Shown here piece after piece: positions 31,230 to 41,692 of a stretch of DNA of 64,000 nucleotides; positions within the stretch are counted from its first letter, which is position 1, and each line of letters begins with the position of its first letter. The position numbers and the translations under genes were made by a program. Source of the DNA: a virus; IMG/VR virus record IMGVR_UViG_3300048691_000181, positions 42,964 to 106,963 of that record, one strand, 5' to 3'. The notes under the pieces were generated by a model. That model did no database searches. It had not been told where the DNA came from and saw only the letters and a list, made by a program, of their open reading frames with translations.

Positions 31230-34200
31230 ATGGGATGTTTAGTAAATAGAGATGTAAAAACAAAAGAAATCTTAAACACGTATGTACGAGATTCTGCATC
31301 GCCCTTAAATCCAAAGAAAGAGAACGGAAAGCCTATTGTCTCTCTACTCTACAATAAGCTCGTAGGTACGACAGTGGGTAGTGAACCAGAGTTAGGCTTA
31401 GCCAAACAAACAGCCTTATCTATATGGGCCATTACAACTACACCTCTATTTAGGAGTCAGTTTAATGGAACATTCGATAAGAATGGAGAACCTGAATTTA
31501 AAATTGGTACAGAAAATAAAGGCTCATTCGCTTATTGGGATTCTAAAGATGGTACTCAATTAATGAGAATAGAGTTAGGGGATAAGCGACTTCGTTACGA
31601 ATCTAATACCGCCTTAATTGCTGAACTCGTTAAAGATTCTGTCTTTGAAGATGAGCCAATTCTGCCAGAGATGAAAGAATACTTAGAGAAGTATGGTCAA
31701 GATGCTCTTAAACGAGCTAATGCTTCCTTAGGTGCAGCACTTGAATTTGTGACCGATGCAGATGCTTGGGAAAAAGCTAAGTCTGACCCTGATTACGAGA
31801 AGAAGAACTTTAGGATGAATGCTATGGGTCAGAAAGAACGTATTGATGGTAAAGGTCATCTCCTAACAGGTACTTCCTTTAATGGAAACAATCAAGTACA
31901 ACACTTAACCAAGGGGTTTGATAATACTCGATGGAATGATAGTTTAACTATGGGAGAAAACTTAGGTAATATGTTCTGGAACATAGGAAAAACCAATGCA
32001 ATAGATAAGTCCTTTAAGCTCTTGATTAACGACAAACTGGTAAACTATGCTGAATTTGTTAAAGAGAAAAATACATTGTTCTATAACGGTACAGACAAAG
32101 GATCTATTATTCATCTTCGTAATCAGAGACAGTACGCACGTAATCAAGAAGACTACGATACTATAACAGGAAAGATAAATGCCCTCATCTTAGCTAATAA
32201 TGCTCGAGGAGGCAAACTAACGGAAAATGCTTATTCTTTCGTTGAGACTATTCAGGCTGCTCAAGACCAAAAAATGGGTATTAATAAAGAAGCTATCGTC
32301 TTCTTTGAAAAGGTTATTCATGCGCCTGTTATGGGTATTCATGGCGTTATAGACAAGATGGTGATTAGACCTGATGGTAAGATGACTATAACAGAGATAA
32401 AGTCTTCAGGATTCCTTGACCAAAATAATAAGACATTCTCTTTCTTTAGGACAGATATTCAAGGTGACTTAGCTGTAGATATTGAAGTCTCTACCTTAAA
32501 CAAAGCAAAGGTTCAATTGGTCCAAAACATGATGGCTGTTGCTTTGACCTATCCAGGAATTAGATTTTCGCTATGTGGCATAGAAAACTTAGCTTCTATT
32601 GCCAAAGCCCAAGAGTCTGGTTTTACGCCTCTATCTAAGCGTGAAGTGTCAGATATAATGAAGATGCTTTTAGCTTTCTATAAGGCAGAAAAAGCATTAG
32701 GTAACAAGTCTCAGTTCTCTCATATCTACGACCAATTAATGGCTTTAGATAAGATTGCTATTAGAGATATTTACCTTAACCCAGAGAATGTAGATGCTTA
32801 TGTGGATGTTGTAGAATTAAAATACGTAAGAAAAGGGGATAAGAAAGTGCTTATGGCAACAGATAAATCTGAAGATAGATTGAAGATTCTTGAACAGCGT
32901 TTAGCTATGGGGGTAGGGATGCATGCTGATATGAATAGAGTCTCTAACTATATCAAATTTGAAGGAAAGGACAGTGGTCTTGGCAATAACTTTAATTTTA
33001 CCGAAGACATTAAAGAAATCTTAGCTATCTTCTCTAACTTAGGAGATGACCCTGCTATCTTTAACGATGATATTTCTTGGGCAAATAAGTGGATAGGTGG
33101 TACAACATCTAATGTCTCTCATCCTGTTATTCAAATCTATAACGAATACTTCCATGCGAAAAAGCTTCAACGTGATAAAGCGGCATTAAAGCTTAGAACA
33201 CAATATGATGCACATTTCTTAAACAGTTACAACGAATGGGCTATTGCTAATGGCATGACGCCTTTCTCTGGAACAAACAAATTTTCTGAACGGTTCTTCA
33301 CTTCTGGTGATGCGACTAAGTTCTGGGCTCATTTCTATAAGGAAATAAATGTCGGTTCTTATACTAAAACAGTAAGGATTACACAAGCTGAAGCAACGTC
33401 TAAAACAGACAAAGCGCTACTTAAATTTCTGGATGATTATTATGAGTCTGTTCTTTCTGATACCTATACCGAGCAGATAAAGACAATTGATAAAGACGGC
33501 AAAGAGACTACAACAGAAAAGAAAGCCTTTATCTATGATGATGCTACTTATACCGTAGATTCCTTTAACAGACCAAAGTCTATTAACCACTTAGAAGTCT
33601 TTCAAGGCAAAGGCTGGCAAATGGGTAATACGAATAATTGGAATTGGTTAGATGTTACTTCTGTTAAAGACGAGAATGGACAATTGATTCAACGTATTCC
33701 TTTTACACCAAATACGTCTATGTTGCCTTACGAATATGAACAAAGGTACGAATGGGATAAAGATGAAAAAGGAAATCCGATTAAATCTAAGTCTGCTTTG
33801 ATTCGTCTAAAGAACACGTTTTTAAAGCATCTAAGCGGTTTTTTTGATAGACAGGATAATTATAAAGGAGCATCTGATATTCGTATGGTAGAACTCAAAT
33901 ATTTAGGTTCTGAATCAGAGAATATAGCTAACTATTCGATGGACTTAGGTGCTCAGTTCGGTAAGTTTATGGAGAATATTGAGTCTAAGAGGCATATGGA
34001 TACTGTCTTAGCCATTGCTGAAGCTATTTCCACTCATTCAGAAAATACGTTAAAAGATAGAGGCTATAACGAAAACCAGATAAACATAGCTGACTGGTTA
34101 AGGAAACAAGCAAGATGGCAAATTAAAGGAGAGAGACCTGATGATGACCCTGTTCGTAATAATAGAGCTTTCGCTAAGACTTTGTTTAGGATACCTATTG

Positions 34201-35684
34201 CTGCCTATAACGAGAAAACAGGGAAATATAAAGAGTATATCTTTACACTTCATACAATCATTAGAGGCATGACTACTTTTGCTTCTTACGTGTTCATGTC
34301 TATAAATCCTAAAGGTAGTTTATTGAATGCTGCTCAAGCAGTCTTTACGTCTCTTAAGACAGGCTTATCTATGCAGAGCGCTTCTAAGTTCTTAGGAATG
34401 AAGAAACAGTTTATAGATTTGACCGTTGGAGATTATATTAAAGGACTAAAGATGTGGAGTACAATGCAAGAGTCTGCTATAAACGGAGACCCCGAATCAG
34501 CTAAGCTTTACCTACTTGCTAAAGAAATGTCTTATTTGCCTAATGACTACTCTTACTTTGACATTCAAGACTCTTTTGGCTTGAATCCGAACAGTTGGAA
34601 GAATCCTTCAGGCTTGATGGTTATGCATACGGCTGTTGAAGAAGCCAATGCCTTAGCTATACTCTACGCTCAGTTAAAGAGCTTAAAGATTGGACCAATT
34701 GACAAGGTTACTGGAGAACAATCTTCAGCATGGGATATGTACCAAGTAGACTCAACTGAGAAAGTAGGCGCTCAAACAATACATAAACTGGTCTGGAAAG
34801 ATGATTTCAATAGAGGTAACTCTTATCAGAATGGTGCTTATAGACCTACTTACGGCTTAACCGCTCAAGAAGTAATTAAGCTTAAACGGGTCTATGAACG
34901 GATACAAGGTAACTATAGGCACGAAGAAAGGTCTATAGTTGAGATGTATGTCTTAGGTCAATTCTTTATGCAGTTTAAGCGTTATTTGCCTTCTATGATT
35001 AGAGGTCAATTTAGAGGACGTATATCTGATTCGAGTTTAGGGCAGAATGTAGAAGTGAAACGTAATGGAGAAACTGTCTTAGAATGGAGGAATCGTATGA
35101 CTACTGGCAAATATATTCTTTTGATGAACTGGTTCTTTGGGGCTGTTCTTCGACCTTTAATGTCTAAGATTCCTGCCTCAACGGGACAATTGAAACATAT
35201 GACCGATTTAGGTTCTGTCAAAAGCAAGTATCTATTCTCGCAACAGTTGTCTTTTTCGGAGATGTCTGAGGATGAACAAACGATGGTCATGGATGCTATG
35301 CTGTCTCTATCAGTCTATTTTGCCATAGCCTTAGCAGGACTAAAAATGGAAGACGAGTCAGGCAAGAAAGACCCGTGGTATCTATTTCTCGAGAATATTA
35401 ATTCGACGATGGTTCAACCGTGGAATTTGTTTAAGTTAACGGATACAATCAAGAGCATGGCTACACCTGTTTCGGTTTCTTTAATGGGTAATATCCTCTT
35501 AGGTTTTGGTGAATTAGCCCATCGAGGATTTCAAGTAGGCTTAGGCTATAAGGAAGAAATGAGAAATGAGAAAGGTAATATTCCAGGAACTAAGAAAATC
35601 CTTAGGGGATTTCCCGTCTCTAAGGGCTTTGTTGATACGTGGGATACGGTTATTCGTAAAGGAGCTAAGGGAAATGAAGAATAA
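31230..35684 (+). CDS. Large virion cargo protein with a PD-(D/E)xK nuclease-like domain
   Basis: N-terminal TPLFRSQF...DKNGEP motif; GSIIH...E...HGVIDKMVIRPDGKMTITEIKS...QL; hydrophobic C-terminal helices. Confidence 0.65.
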   Translation: MGCLVNRDVKTKEILNTYVRDSASPLNPKKENGKPIVSLLYNKLVGTTVGSEPELGLAKQTALSIWAITTTPLFRSQFNGTFDKNGEPEFKIGTENKGSFAYWDSKDGTQLMRIELGDKRLRYESNTALIAELVKDSVFEDEPILPEMKEYLEKYGQDALKRANASLGAALEFVTDADAWEKAKSDPDYEKKNFRMNAMGQKERIDGKGHLLTGTSFNGNNQVQHLTKGFDNTRWNDSLTMGENLGNMFWNIGKTNAIDKSFKLLINDKLVNYAEFVKEKNTLFYNGTDKGSIIHLRNQRQYARNQEDYDTITGKINALILANNARGGKLTENAYSFVETIQAAQDQKMGINKEAIVFFEKVIHAPVMGIHGVIDKMVIRPDGKMTITEIKSSGFLDQNNKTFSFFRTDIQGDLAVDIEVSTLNKAKVQLVQNMMAVALTYPGIRFSLCGIENLASIAKAQESGFTPLSKREVSDIMKMLLAFYKAEKALGNKSQFSHIYDQLMALDKIAIRDIYLNPENVDAYVDVVELKYVRKGDKKVLMATDKSEDRLKILEQRLAMGVGMHADMNRVSNYIKFEGKDSGLGNNFNFTEDIKEILAIFSNLGDDPAIFNDDISWANKWIGGTTSNVSHPVIQIYNEYFHAKKLQRDKAALKLRTQYDAHFLNSYNEWAIANGMTPFSGTNKFSERFFTSGDATKFWAHFYKEINVGSYTKTVRITQAEATSKTDKALLKFLDDYYESVLSDTYTEQIKTIDKDGKETTTEKKAFIYDDATYTVDSFNRPKSINHLEVFQGKGWQMGNTNNWNWLDVTSVKDENGQLIQRIPFTPNTSMLPYEYEQRYEWDKDEKGNPIKSKSALIRLKNTFLKHLSGFFDRQDNYKGASDIRMVELKYLGSESENIANYSMDLGAQFGKFMENIESKRHMDTVLAIAEAISTHSENTLKDRGYNENQINIADWLRKQARWQIKGERPDDDPVRNNRAFAKTLFRIPIAAYNEKTGKYKEYIFTLHTIIRGMTTFASYVFMSINPKGSLLNAAQAVFTSLKTGLSMQSASKFLGMKKQFIDLTVGDYIKGLKMWSTMQESAINGDPESAKLYLLAKEMSYLPNDYSYFDIQDSFGLNPNSWKNPSGLMVMHTAVEEANALAILYAQLKSLKIGPIDKVTGEQSSAWDMYQVDSTEKVGAQTIHKLVWKDDFNRGNSYQNGAYRPTYGLTAQEVIKLKRVYERIQGNYRHEERSIVEMYVLGQFFMQFKRYLPSMIRGQFRGRISDSSLGQNVEVKRNGETVLEWRNRMTTGKYILLMNWFFGAVLRPLMSKIPASTGQLKHMTDLGSVKSKYLFSQQLSFSEMSEDEQTMVMDAMLSLSVYFAIALAGLKMEDESGKKDPWYLFLENINSTMVQPWNLFKLTDTIKSMATPVSVSLMGNILLGFGELAHRGFQVGLGYKEEMRNEKGNIPGTKKILRGFPVSKGFVDTWDTVIRKGAKGNEE

Positions 35685-35713
35685 GCCTTAGTAAGAACTA
35701 ATAAGCAGATGCA

Positions 35714-35753
35714 AAAAAAATCTACTTACCAATTAAGGTAAGTAGATTTTTTT
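35714..35753. terminator. Bidirectional intrinsic terminator at the convergence of the two gene blocks
   Basis: aaaaaaatctacttacc-aattaa-ggtaagtagattttttt: 17-bp perfect inverted repeat giving a U-tract on both strands. Confidence 0.9.
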
Positions 35754-35771
35754 CTTTTAAGGGTGATTACT

Positions 35772-36284
35772 CTATTCTGGTTCGTATTTAGCTTTTAAGA
35801 GAGCAAATCGCTCTCTTAAAAATTTCTCATGCAGTTCATTATGCCTTGCTTTTTCCATAGCAGTGTTTTCTGCTTCTATTTCAATCATCGCCTCTCTTGC
35901 GGCTTCCTTGAATACTTCTTTCAATAGGAGTTTGTCACTTTCATTAAAATAGCTTTCGCTGAAATCATTAAGTGCATCCTTAGGAAATGATGATTCTTCA
36001 TCATTGACACTATGCTCTTCTTTTAAAGAACGAACCGTATCGTATATCTCTTCTGAATAGCCTGTAACAAAATCTTTGTTATATTGAGGAAACGTTGCTT
36101 TAATACAAAGCGCTATTCGTTGTTGATAACTTTCACCACTACATGAAGTTGGCGAGCTTTCCATTTGGTTTATGTTATTGGCGGCATAATACAAACGTCT
36201 ACCAAATTCGCTCTGGTTAAGCCCTAATGCTTCCCTTACCGTCTTGATGCGTTCTCCGAACGTCATTTTTTTTGTTGATTCCAT
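35772..36284 (-). CDS. XRE/Cro-C1 family helix-turn-helix regulator
   Basis: TFGERIKTVREALGLNQSEFGRRL...INQME. Confidence 0.8.
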   Translation of the reverse strand: MESTKKMTFGERIKTVREALGLNQSEFGRRLYYAANNINQMESSPTSCSGESYQQRIALCIKATFPQYNKDFVTGYSEEIYDTVRSLKEEHSVNDEESSFPKDALNDFSESYFNESDKLLLKEVFKEAAREAMIEIEAENTAMEKARHNELHEKFLRERFALLKAKYEPE

Positions 36285-36295
36285 TTTTATTTTTT

Positions 36296-37201
36296 TTATT
36301 TTTTACTTTTCTTCATACGAGGCTGGAATGTTGTGAAAGATGTTTCATCAAATCCAAACCTGTCTCTTGTATATGCGGATGCAATTGCATCCATTTTATC
36401 TTTATCTTGTCTTAGCTGCTTTTCTTTCTCTTTTCGGAGATTAAAGTCAACCATCGCTTTGCCGAGAAGACTATCTGATATTTGCTTTTTGTCTTTCTCA
36501 ATTCTTCTGTTTTTTTTATTCCGCTTATTACGGCTTTCAAAGAAAGCCTTTGTGATATGTTTCCTAAGTGTCTTTTTATCCTTGAACCGAACACACTTCG
36601 TTATATCTATTATGTTATTGTCATAATAGCGATAATTTCGGTACATAAATCTTTCTGGATAGAGAAAGTAGTCTGCATCTTTTTTTGAGATATTTAGATT
36701 ATACTTATCTCTATCCTTATGTCCTTTAACGTGATAAGCGATAAAGTCGGCATATAGAATATGCTTATAGCTATATCCATAATAATGAAAATAATTAATA
36801 TACTCTTCTCCTTTATGCTTTATCAAAAAGAGTTGCTTGCCTACTTTACTTTCTTCTGTTATTAAGAAGAAAGTTTCATTCTCGAAGATGACATTTCTTG
36901 GTAATGGATTTCTGTCAAGCTTCTTATAATTGCGAATCTTGATAATACCATTTTCTATTTTATAAGCCGATTCTTCATCAAACCACCTTGATAGCACATA
37001 ATGCATCGGTTGAGACCAGTGTCTCAAGAAAGGCTTTACTTTTCTAAAACAAACCTTAAAAGGTCTATTCTCGTGACCTTTAACAAGCTGCTTTGTTTTA
37101 TACCACGATTTATCATCGTGGCTTTTCCTAAAGTATTCTCCTGAACGCTCTCGATAAATCATCCTCGCTCTAAAAGGACTATTGTCATCTATCCATTCCA
37201 T
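36296..37201 (-). CDS. Hypothetical basic protein
   Basis: 301-aa K/R/Y-rich ORF; no motif recognised. Confidence 0.6.
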   Translation of the reverse strand: MEWIDDNSPFRARMIYRERSGEYFRKSHDDKSWYKTKQLVKGHENRPFKVCFRKVKPFLRHWSQPMHYVLSRWFDEESAYKIENGIIKIRNYKKLDRNPLPRNVIFENETFFLITEESKVGKQLFLIKHKGEEYINYFHYYGYSYKHILYADFIAYHVKGHKDRDKYNLNISKKDADYFLYPERFMYRNYRYYDNNIIDITKCVRFKDKKTLRKHITKAFFESRNKRNKKNRRIEKDKKQISDSLLGKAMVDFNLRKEKEKQLRQDKDKMDAIASAYTRDRFGFDETSFTTFQPRMKKSKK

Positions 37202-37210
37202 GAAAGATAA

Positions 37211-37231
37211 GGTGCAGTGGTTAGCTGCACC
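37211..37231 (-). terminator. GC hairpin between genes
   Basis: ggtgcag-tggttag-ctgcacc, followed on - by ttatcttt. Confidence 0.5.
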
Positions 37232-37251
37232 ATTTTATTTGTGAGATAATT

Positions 37252-37866
37252 TTATTTTGCCTTTCTATGTCTTCTATGCTTAGAAGGCTTAGGAAGGGTT
37301 GCTGTATCTGTAATGGACTCAGCTGTTACATCAATAGTCTTAGTAGCCTTTTGAGCTCTAATCGCTGTAACAGCTTCTGATACAGCCGTATTCATAGTCT
37401 CTTCTTTTGTACCATGCTTGGCTATAAAGTAATAGCCATACAGGTTATAGATAAGTTCAATAAAGAGCATCCTATTAGGCTGGATAGACTTGAATAAGCC
37501 TATGAGTCTATTTTCTATCTGCTCTTTATAATATACTTTATCCTTTTGATAGAAATAGCGCTTATCCTTAACTTCTTCAAAATTAGCAACTGACAACAAC
37601 ATAAGTTCTGTCATTTGAGATTTCAAAGGTGTTAAATTTAAGACGCGTTCAAGGGGTGTAGCTTTATCAAAAGCAAGAAACTCTTGCCATTTAGCTTTTG
37701 TCGTATTGAATTTAGCAATAACGGCTAAGGCTGTATTTTGCTCTAATTCTGATAAAGTATATAAACGCTCTTTAGGCGTTGGATTAGAAGTAGATGTTAT
37801 AGTCGTTACTTCTTGAGCTATATGTGCTGTCTGTTCTCCAAACATGCTATTTAATCGTGAAAACAT
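37252..37866 (-). CDS. Hypothetical protein
   Basis: 204-aa ORF with ATG and an A/C-rich leader. Confidence 0.6.
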   Translation of the reverse strand: MFSRLNSMFGEQTAHIAQEVTTITSTSNPTPKERLYTLSELEQNTALAVIAKFNTTKAKWQEFLAFDKATPLERVLNLTPLKSQMTELMLLSVANFEEVKDKRYFYQKDKVYYKEQIENRLIGLFKSIQPNRMLFIELIYNLYGYYFIAKHGTKEETMNTAVSEAVTAIRAQKATKTIDVTAESITDTATLPKPSKHRRHRKAK

Positions 37867-37919
37867 TGTATGTCATGTTTTGATGCCATATATGGCGTTA
37901 TGTTAAAATATTCTTTTTT

Positions 37920-38699
37920 TTAAAGAATATTATATTGTACCTCAATTGCTTTACGCTTTACGAGGTTGTCTTCACCAAAGCGAGTAGACTTTGGCTGCTT
38001 TACTATTTCCGTGAATTTCGTAAGTGCTTGTTCGTACTTATCCTTAAATGCACGTCTGTTCTTAGAGATAGGATGTTGAAATATTTCATTCTCTAAGTCT
38101 GGCTTAGAATCAAGTTCTAAGCCTTCCATCATATGTTCAGAGATGCCCATTCATCTGGCTAATGTTTCTGGAACAGCCTTGCAGGAAGCAGTTTGATTAG
38201 CTTCTCCTTTTCTTAATGCACAGAATTTCATCTCGTTTAAGCCAGCCTTAAACAGTGTAGAGATTTCAAAATTCTCGGGAAAGAATTGAACACCACTACT
38301 ATTCTTCGAGTTAACGTATTCTCGCGACACCTTAGAGTACTTTCCTTCAATAAAGGGTTCTATGATGGTCTTTATATATTTAGGTCTTACGTCACAGATA
38401 ATGAGTGTATGTGGCCCATTATAGTGTAAGACTTTCTTTATTTCAGAGAAGGTTAAGAAAGGCGTATTCTTTTCTATGTTTCTGAAATAAGAGAGAATAG
38501 ATTCGTGCCTTTCTTCTTGTTCTAAGAAGCCGTTAAAGCAATAGATAAGCTGCTTAGTTCAAGAATCTTTATCTGATTCTAAACCAATATAGACACCGTA
38601 AAGTCCATGATGATGGTAAAGAATGTCTGTGTCTTTACCAGAGAGAAAACCGAGATAATGAAGAGATTTGTTATTGTGCACTGATTCGAGTAGGTTTAT
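37920..38699 (-). CDS. Hypothetical ~259-aa protein with two in-frame TGA codons (readthrough gene or pseudogene)
   Basis: One frame from ATA 38697-38699 to TAA 37920, broken only by TGA at 38559-38561 (DKDS*TKQL) and 38151-38153 (TLAR*MGIS). The track shows only the last 76 aa. Confidence 0.65.
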
Positions 38700-38737
38700 T
38701 TAATTTTCTAATGCGGATTTGCTTTTGAATAAAGTAA

Positions 38738-38764
38738 CCTACTTCTGATGTTTCAGTAAGTAGG
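38738..38764 (-). terminator. Terminator-like hairpin
   Basis: cctactt-ctga-tgtt-tcag-t-aagtagg, right after the stop at 38768; U-rich tail on -. Confidence 0.6.
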
Positions 38765-38767
38765 CGC

Positions 38768-39181
38768 TTAATTGTTCGGATAGAGCGATGATACGTCATT
38801 GGTGCTGATTTCTATTGGAAGCATAAACTTCCTTTGTTTTTGAATTAATAGCCACATTTTAGCGGCTGCTTCTACGGGGGAATTTTCCATCGTACTTATG
38901 AGCGTACTACCTGCTATATCTGTAATACGATAATAATAGTATATACAGCTCTTATTATTACTTGCCTTTTGAAGAGTTAGCTCGTATCGAGAACCATAAG
39001 TAGTAATCGCTTCTGGTAGTAATGTCCATATCTCATCAAAAGAAGGACAAGCTATCGGATTAGTCTCCGATTCTTTATAGTAGCCATTAGCTTCTTCAAA
39101 GGCTTTTGAGCGATAATGACATTCTATATCCTGTGTGTATCCTGCTTCTTTGAGTAGGATACATGTTGCTAAACTAAGCAT
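38768..39181 (-). CDS. Hypothetical phage protein
   Basis: LLKEAGY...CPSFDEIWTLLP...ENSPVEAAAKM resembles a common small phage protein pattern; function unknown. Confidence 0.55.
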   Translation of the reverse strand: MLSLATCILLKEAGYTQDIECHYRSKAFEEANGYYKESETNPIACPSFDEIWTLLPEAITTYGSRYELTLQKASNNKSCIYYYYRITDIAGSTLISTMENSPVEAAAKMWLLIQKQRKFMLPIEISTNDVSSLYPNN

Positions 39182-39195
39182 TTTTTATTAGTGTA

Positions 39196-39220
39196 TCCCC
39201 CTTAGTTGTTACAGGGGGGA
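39196..39220. terminator. GC hairpin between genes
   Basis: tccccc-ttagttgttacag-ggggga flanked by AT tracts. Confidence 0.45.
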
Positions 39221-39238
39221 ATATTTTATTTTTTGTCA

Positions 39239-40378
39239 TTAAAGTTCTAAAGTATAATTTGAATCAAAAATCCATTTGGATATATTAAAGATATCAAATT
39301 TCCTGTGCCATCGATAAGCTTCTATGTATTCAAAGATGCCTCTAAAATGACGATGAGTGCCATTTATTTTCCCGTAGCCGCCATTTAATCCTATATCCAG
39401 AGTTTTCTCAGACACTACGAATTTAAGAGCGCTCTGACCAAAGAATTCCTTCTTAGGAGCTACTATGAACTTAAATGGCATTAGCGTATACCCTTCTCTA
39501 AACAAATCTTGAAAATAGCCATCTGCATTCTGGATTAGCCACACGTAGAAAGCAGCTTGACGAAAATATCCGTATTTATAGAAGGCGTCTTCAAAGTCCT
39601 GTGGATTAGAAGATGTTGTTTTTAGGTCAATTGGCTCTATAGTTCTATCAAAGTGATTGACTATTACCAAGTCCAATAGGCCTTTAAATTGCATAACCCC
39701 ATCTTTGGCTTTACCCATAAGGTCTATATTAGGGTCAGATATATCTTCTGGATATGTAACAGTATGGTAGATAGGCACTTGATATAAGACCTCACGTGTT
39801 TCATCATTCTTATCCACACCAAAATAAGACCGTATGTCTGGCAACTGTTCAAGAGCCCTAACAGCTACGTCTATTTCCTCGAAGTCATCATTAGAGAGTA
39901 TATCTTTACCTTGTGCTTGTTCTCGAGCACGGTAATAGCCGCATAACTCGCCTTTGGTCCAGAAATCTTTTATGATGGCATTTATGTTCTTCTTATAGCC
40001 TGAATAAGCGTAAGCACGAAGATAGAGACCAATATTTATATTAGCCTTAAATTCGTCTTCATCCCATACTTCTTCATTCAGCTCGAATAGGGGTAGATTG
40101 TCTATAAACTTTAACATAAGACCTGTGGGGCGATTGACGTTAAAGACGAAGAATTGAGAAGAAAAGTTTTCTTTATCGGTTAAGAGACAATCTACGGCCC
40201 TTCCTATTCTAAAATGACGTATGTCCTCAGTCTCTAACTGAGTATTCTCCTCCCAATAACGAATCCAAGCAGGATTCTCTACTTTCTTAAGTAGGGAGTT
40301 GTTGACAGCCTTAGAAGAGAAGTATTTCTTAATTCTACCTTCTTCTGTTATGGCTTTATATGTATTTAAGGATTCCAT
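39239..40378 (-). CDS. PD-(D/E)xK exonuclease (RecE/exonuclease VIII-like)
   Basis: GRAVDCLL...QVPI...FKGLLDLV...IDLKTT...YGYFRQAAFY. Confidence 0.85.
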   Translation of the reverse strand: MESLNTYKAITEEGRIKKYFSSKAVNNSLLKKVENPAWIRYWEENTQLETEDIRHFRIGRAVDCLLTDKENFSSQFFVFNVNRPTGLMLKFIDNLPLFELNEEVWDEDEFKANINIGLYLRAYAYSGYKKNINAIIKDFWTKGELCGYYRAREQAQGKDILSNDDFEEIDVAVRALEQLPDIRSYFGVDKNDETREVLYQVPIYHTVTYPEDISDPNIDLMGKAKDGVMQFKGLLDLVIVNHFDRTIEPIDLKTTSSNPQDFEDAFYKYGYFRQAAFYVWLIQNADGYFQDLFREGYTLMPFKFIVAPKKEFFGQSALKFVVSEKTLDIGLNGGYGKINGTHRHFRGIFEYIEAYRWHRKFDIFNISKWIFDSNYTLEL

Positions 40379-40402
40379 TATTAGGTTCTTAAATGTTATT
40401 TT

Positions 40403-40864
40403 CTAAAAATCGAATATGGCTCTATCTGCTCTTTTTAATCTTAACCAGTAAAAACAGCAAGATAATATCTCCATCCAAGATATAGAAGCAATCTTATATA
40501 AAGGTGGATGCTGGTTGTAGACGAATCCGTGATAGTTGTCATGTAGTGCTTGTGTCAAGCGCCTCGAAGTGTCAATCGTACTTTCAGAGCCAAAAGACTC
40601 AGTTAAGAAGAAAGCTTCTGTTAGCCATACTTTCTCATTTTCTGTCACAATATTGTGAAATTCGGAAGAATGGTAATTGCCTTTTATGTGATGCTTCTTA
40701 CAAAAAGCATAGGCATCGTTATTCGTAGAAACAGAAGTCCTTACTTTGCCTAAGAAGAAACACCAAACAAGTTTAAAGTCTTTTGGATGAATTCTGCAAA
40801 TAAGACAAAACATGAAACGCTTCATCCTTAAACTGAAAAATGTGTTATAGAACCAGTTAGCCAT
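40403..40864 (-). CDS. Hypothetical protein
   Basis: 153-aa ORF overlapping the upstream stop. Confidence 0.5.
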   Translation of the reverse strand: MANWFYNTFFSLRMKRFMFCLICRIHPKDFKLVWCFFLGKVRTSVSTNNDAYAFCKKHHIKGNYHSSEFHNIVTENEKVWLTEAFFLTESFGSESTIDTSRRLTQALHDNYHGFVYNQHPPLYKIASISWMEILSCCFYWLRLKRADRAIFDF

Positions 40865-41423
40865 CTCTTTTTCGTTTAAGATTACTTATTTTTTCTTCAT
40901 GAAGCTCTTTGAAAGAAGGTAATCCTTTTCTTGCTCTTTGCTGGTTGGGCTTATAGCAGAAGCTATTATTCAGCTTACACCATTTGACCCAATCAGAACC
41001 AATTTCTGAGAGTTCTGATTGTTCCGTCTTTCTTTGCCATTTCTGAATCATGTGCAAAGGCTGAACCCAAAAGGATGCTGAACCAACTGTATAAAGCTGT
41101 TCATTAAAGTTATCCACTGGTCGAGACCGCTCTTGATAATCTCGTTCAAGATAGCGAATTCCTTGAATTGTTGCTTCAGAAACTTCCCAAAGCTCACAAA
41201 CGATATGACAATCTCTCTTATAGGCGGCATAAGGATAATCCATCCCTTTGTGCATATAGAGTGTATAGTGCTTTAGTTTCGTCAATCCAATAAAGAAGCT
41301 ATCTCTATCTTCAGTAATGACATTATGTCGTTTGCAGTCCTTTCTCAAAGAACCATAGATTAAAATATGGTGTCGTTCTGCTAAGGCTTCGCTTACTTCC
41401 GCTATGCGGATGTTGTTTTTCAT
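40857..41423 (-). CDS. Gamma-glutamylcyclotransferase (AIG2/GGACT-like)
   Basis: ILIYGSLRK...HN...YP...CELWEVSEATIQGIRYLE..Y. Confidence 0.8.
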   Translation of the reverse strand: MKNNIRIAEVSEALAERHHILIYGSLRKDCKRHNVITEDRDSFFIGLTKLKHYTLYMHKGMDYPYAAYKRDCHIVCELWEVSEATIQGIRYLERDYQERSRPVDNFNEQLYTVGSASFWVQPLHMIQKWQRKTEQSELSEIGSDWVKWCKLNNSFCYKPNQQRARKGLPSFKELHEEKISNLKRKRDG

Positions 41424-41431
41424 TCTTTTTT

Positions 41432-41692
41432 TTAGTTTGTGAAATGTCTAATTATGGCAATGAGCACTGGCACAAAGACTGCTATAAATATAGCACCATG
41501 TATTAGTCCTCTAATATAGAGCCAATTCCTATGTCTGTCTGAAATGTGTAACTCAAGTGCATTGTCTTTTAAGAGCGATGCTACAAACTTGTCTATCTCA
41601 GTCTTCGATTTAGTCTTTTTCAATCCCTCATGCTTAGAGAGATATTCTTTTTTGTGTGCTCGAATTATTGCCGAAAGTGGTCTCAATTTCAT
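41432..41692 (-). CDS. Small protein with a C-terminal transmembrane helix
   Basis: GLIHGAIFIAVFVPVLIAII. Confidence 0.55.
   Translation of the reverse strand: MKLRPLSAIIRAHKKEYLSKHEGLKKTKSKTEIDKFVASLLKDNALELHISDRHRNWLYIRGLIHGAIFIAVFVPVLIAIIRHFTN

Noticed and set aside
5399-35290. Short alternative-frame and antisense ORFs within the structural genes
   Set aside because: Expected by chance inside long genes; composition mirrors the sense codons.
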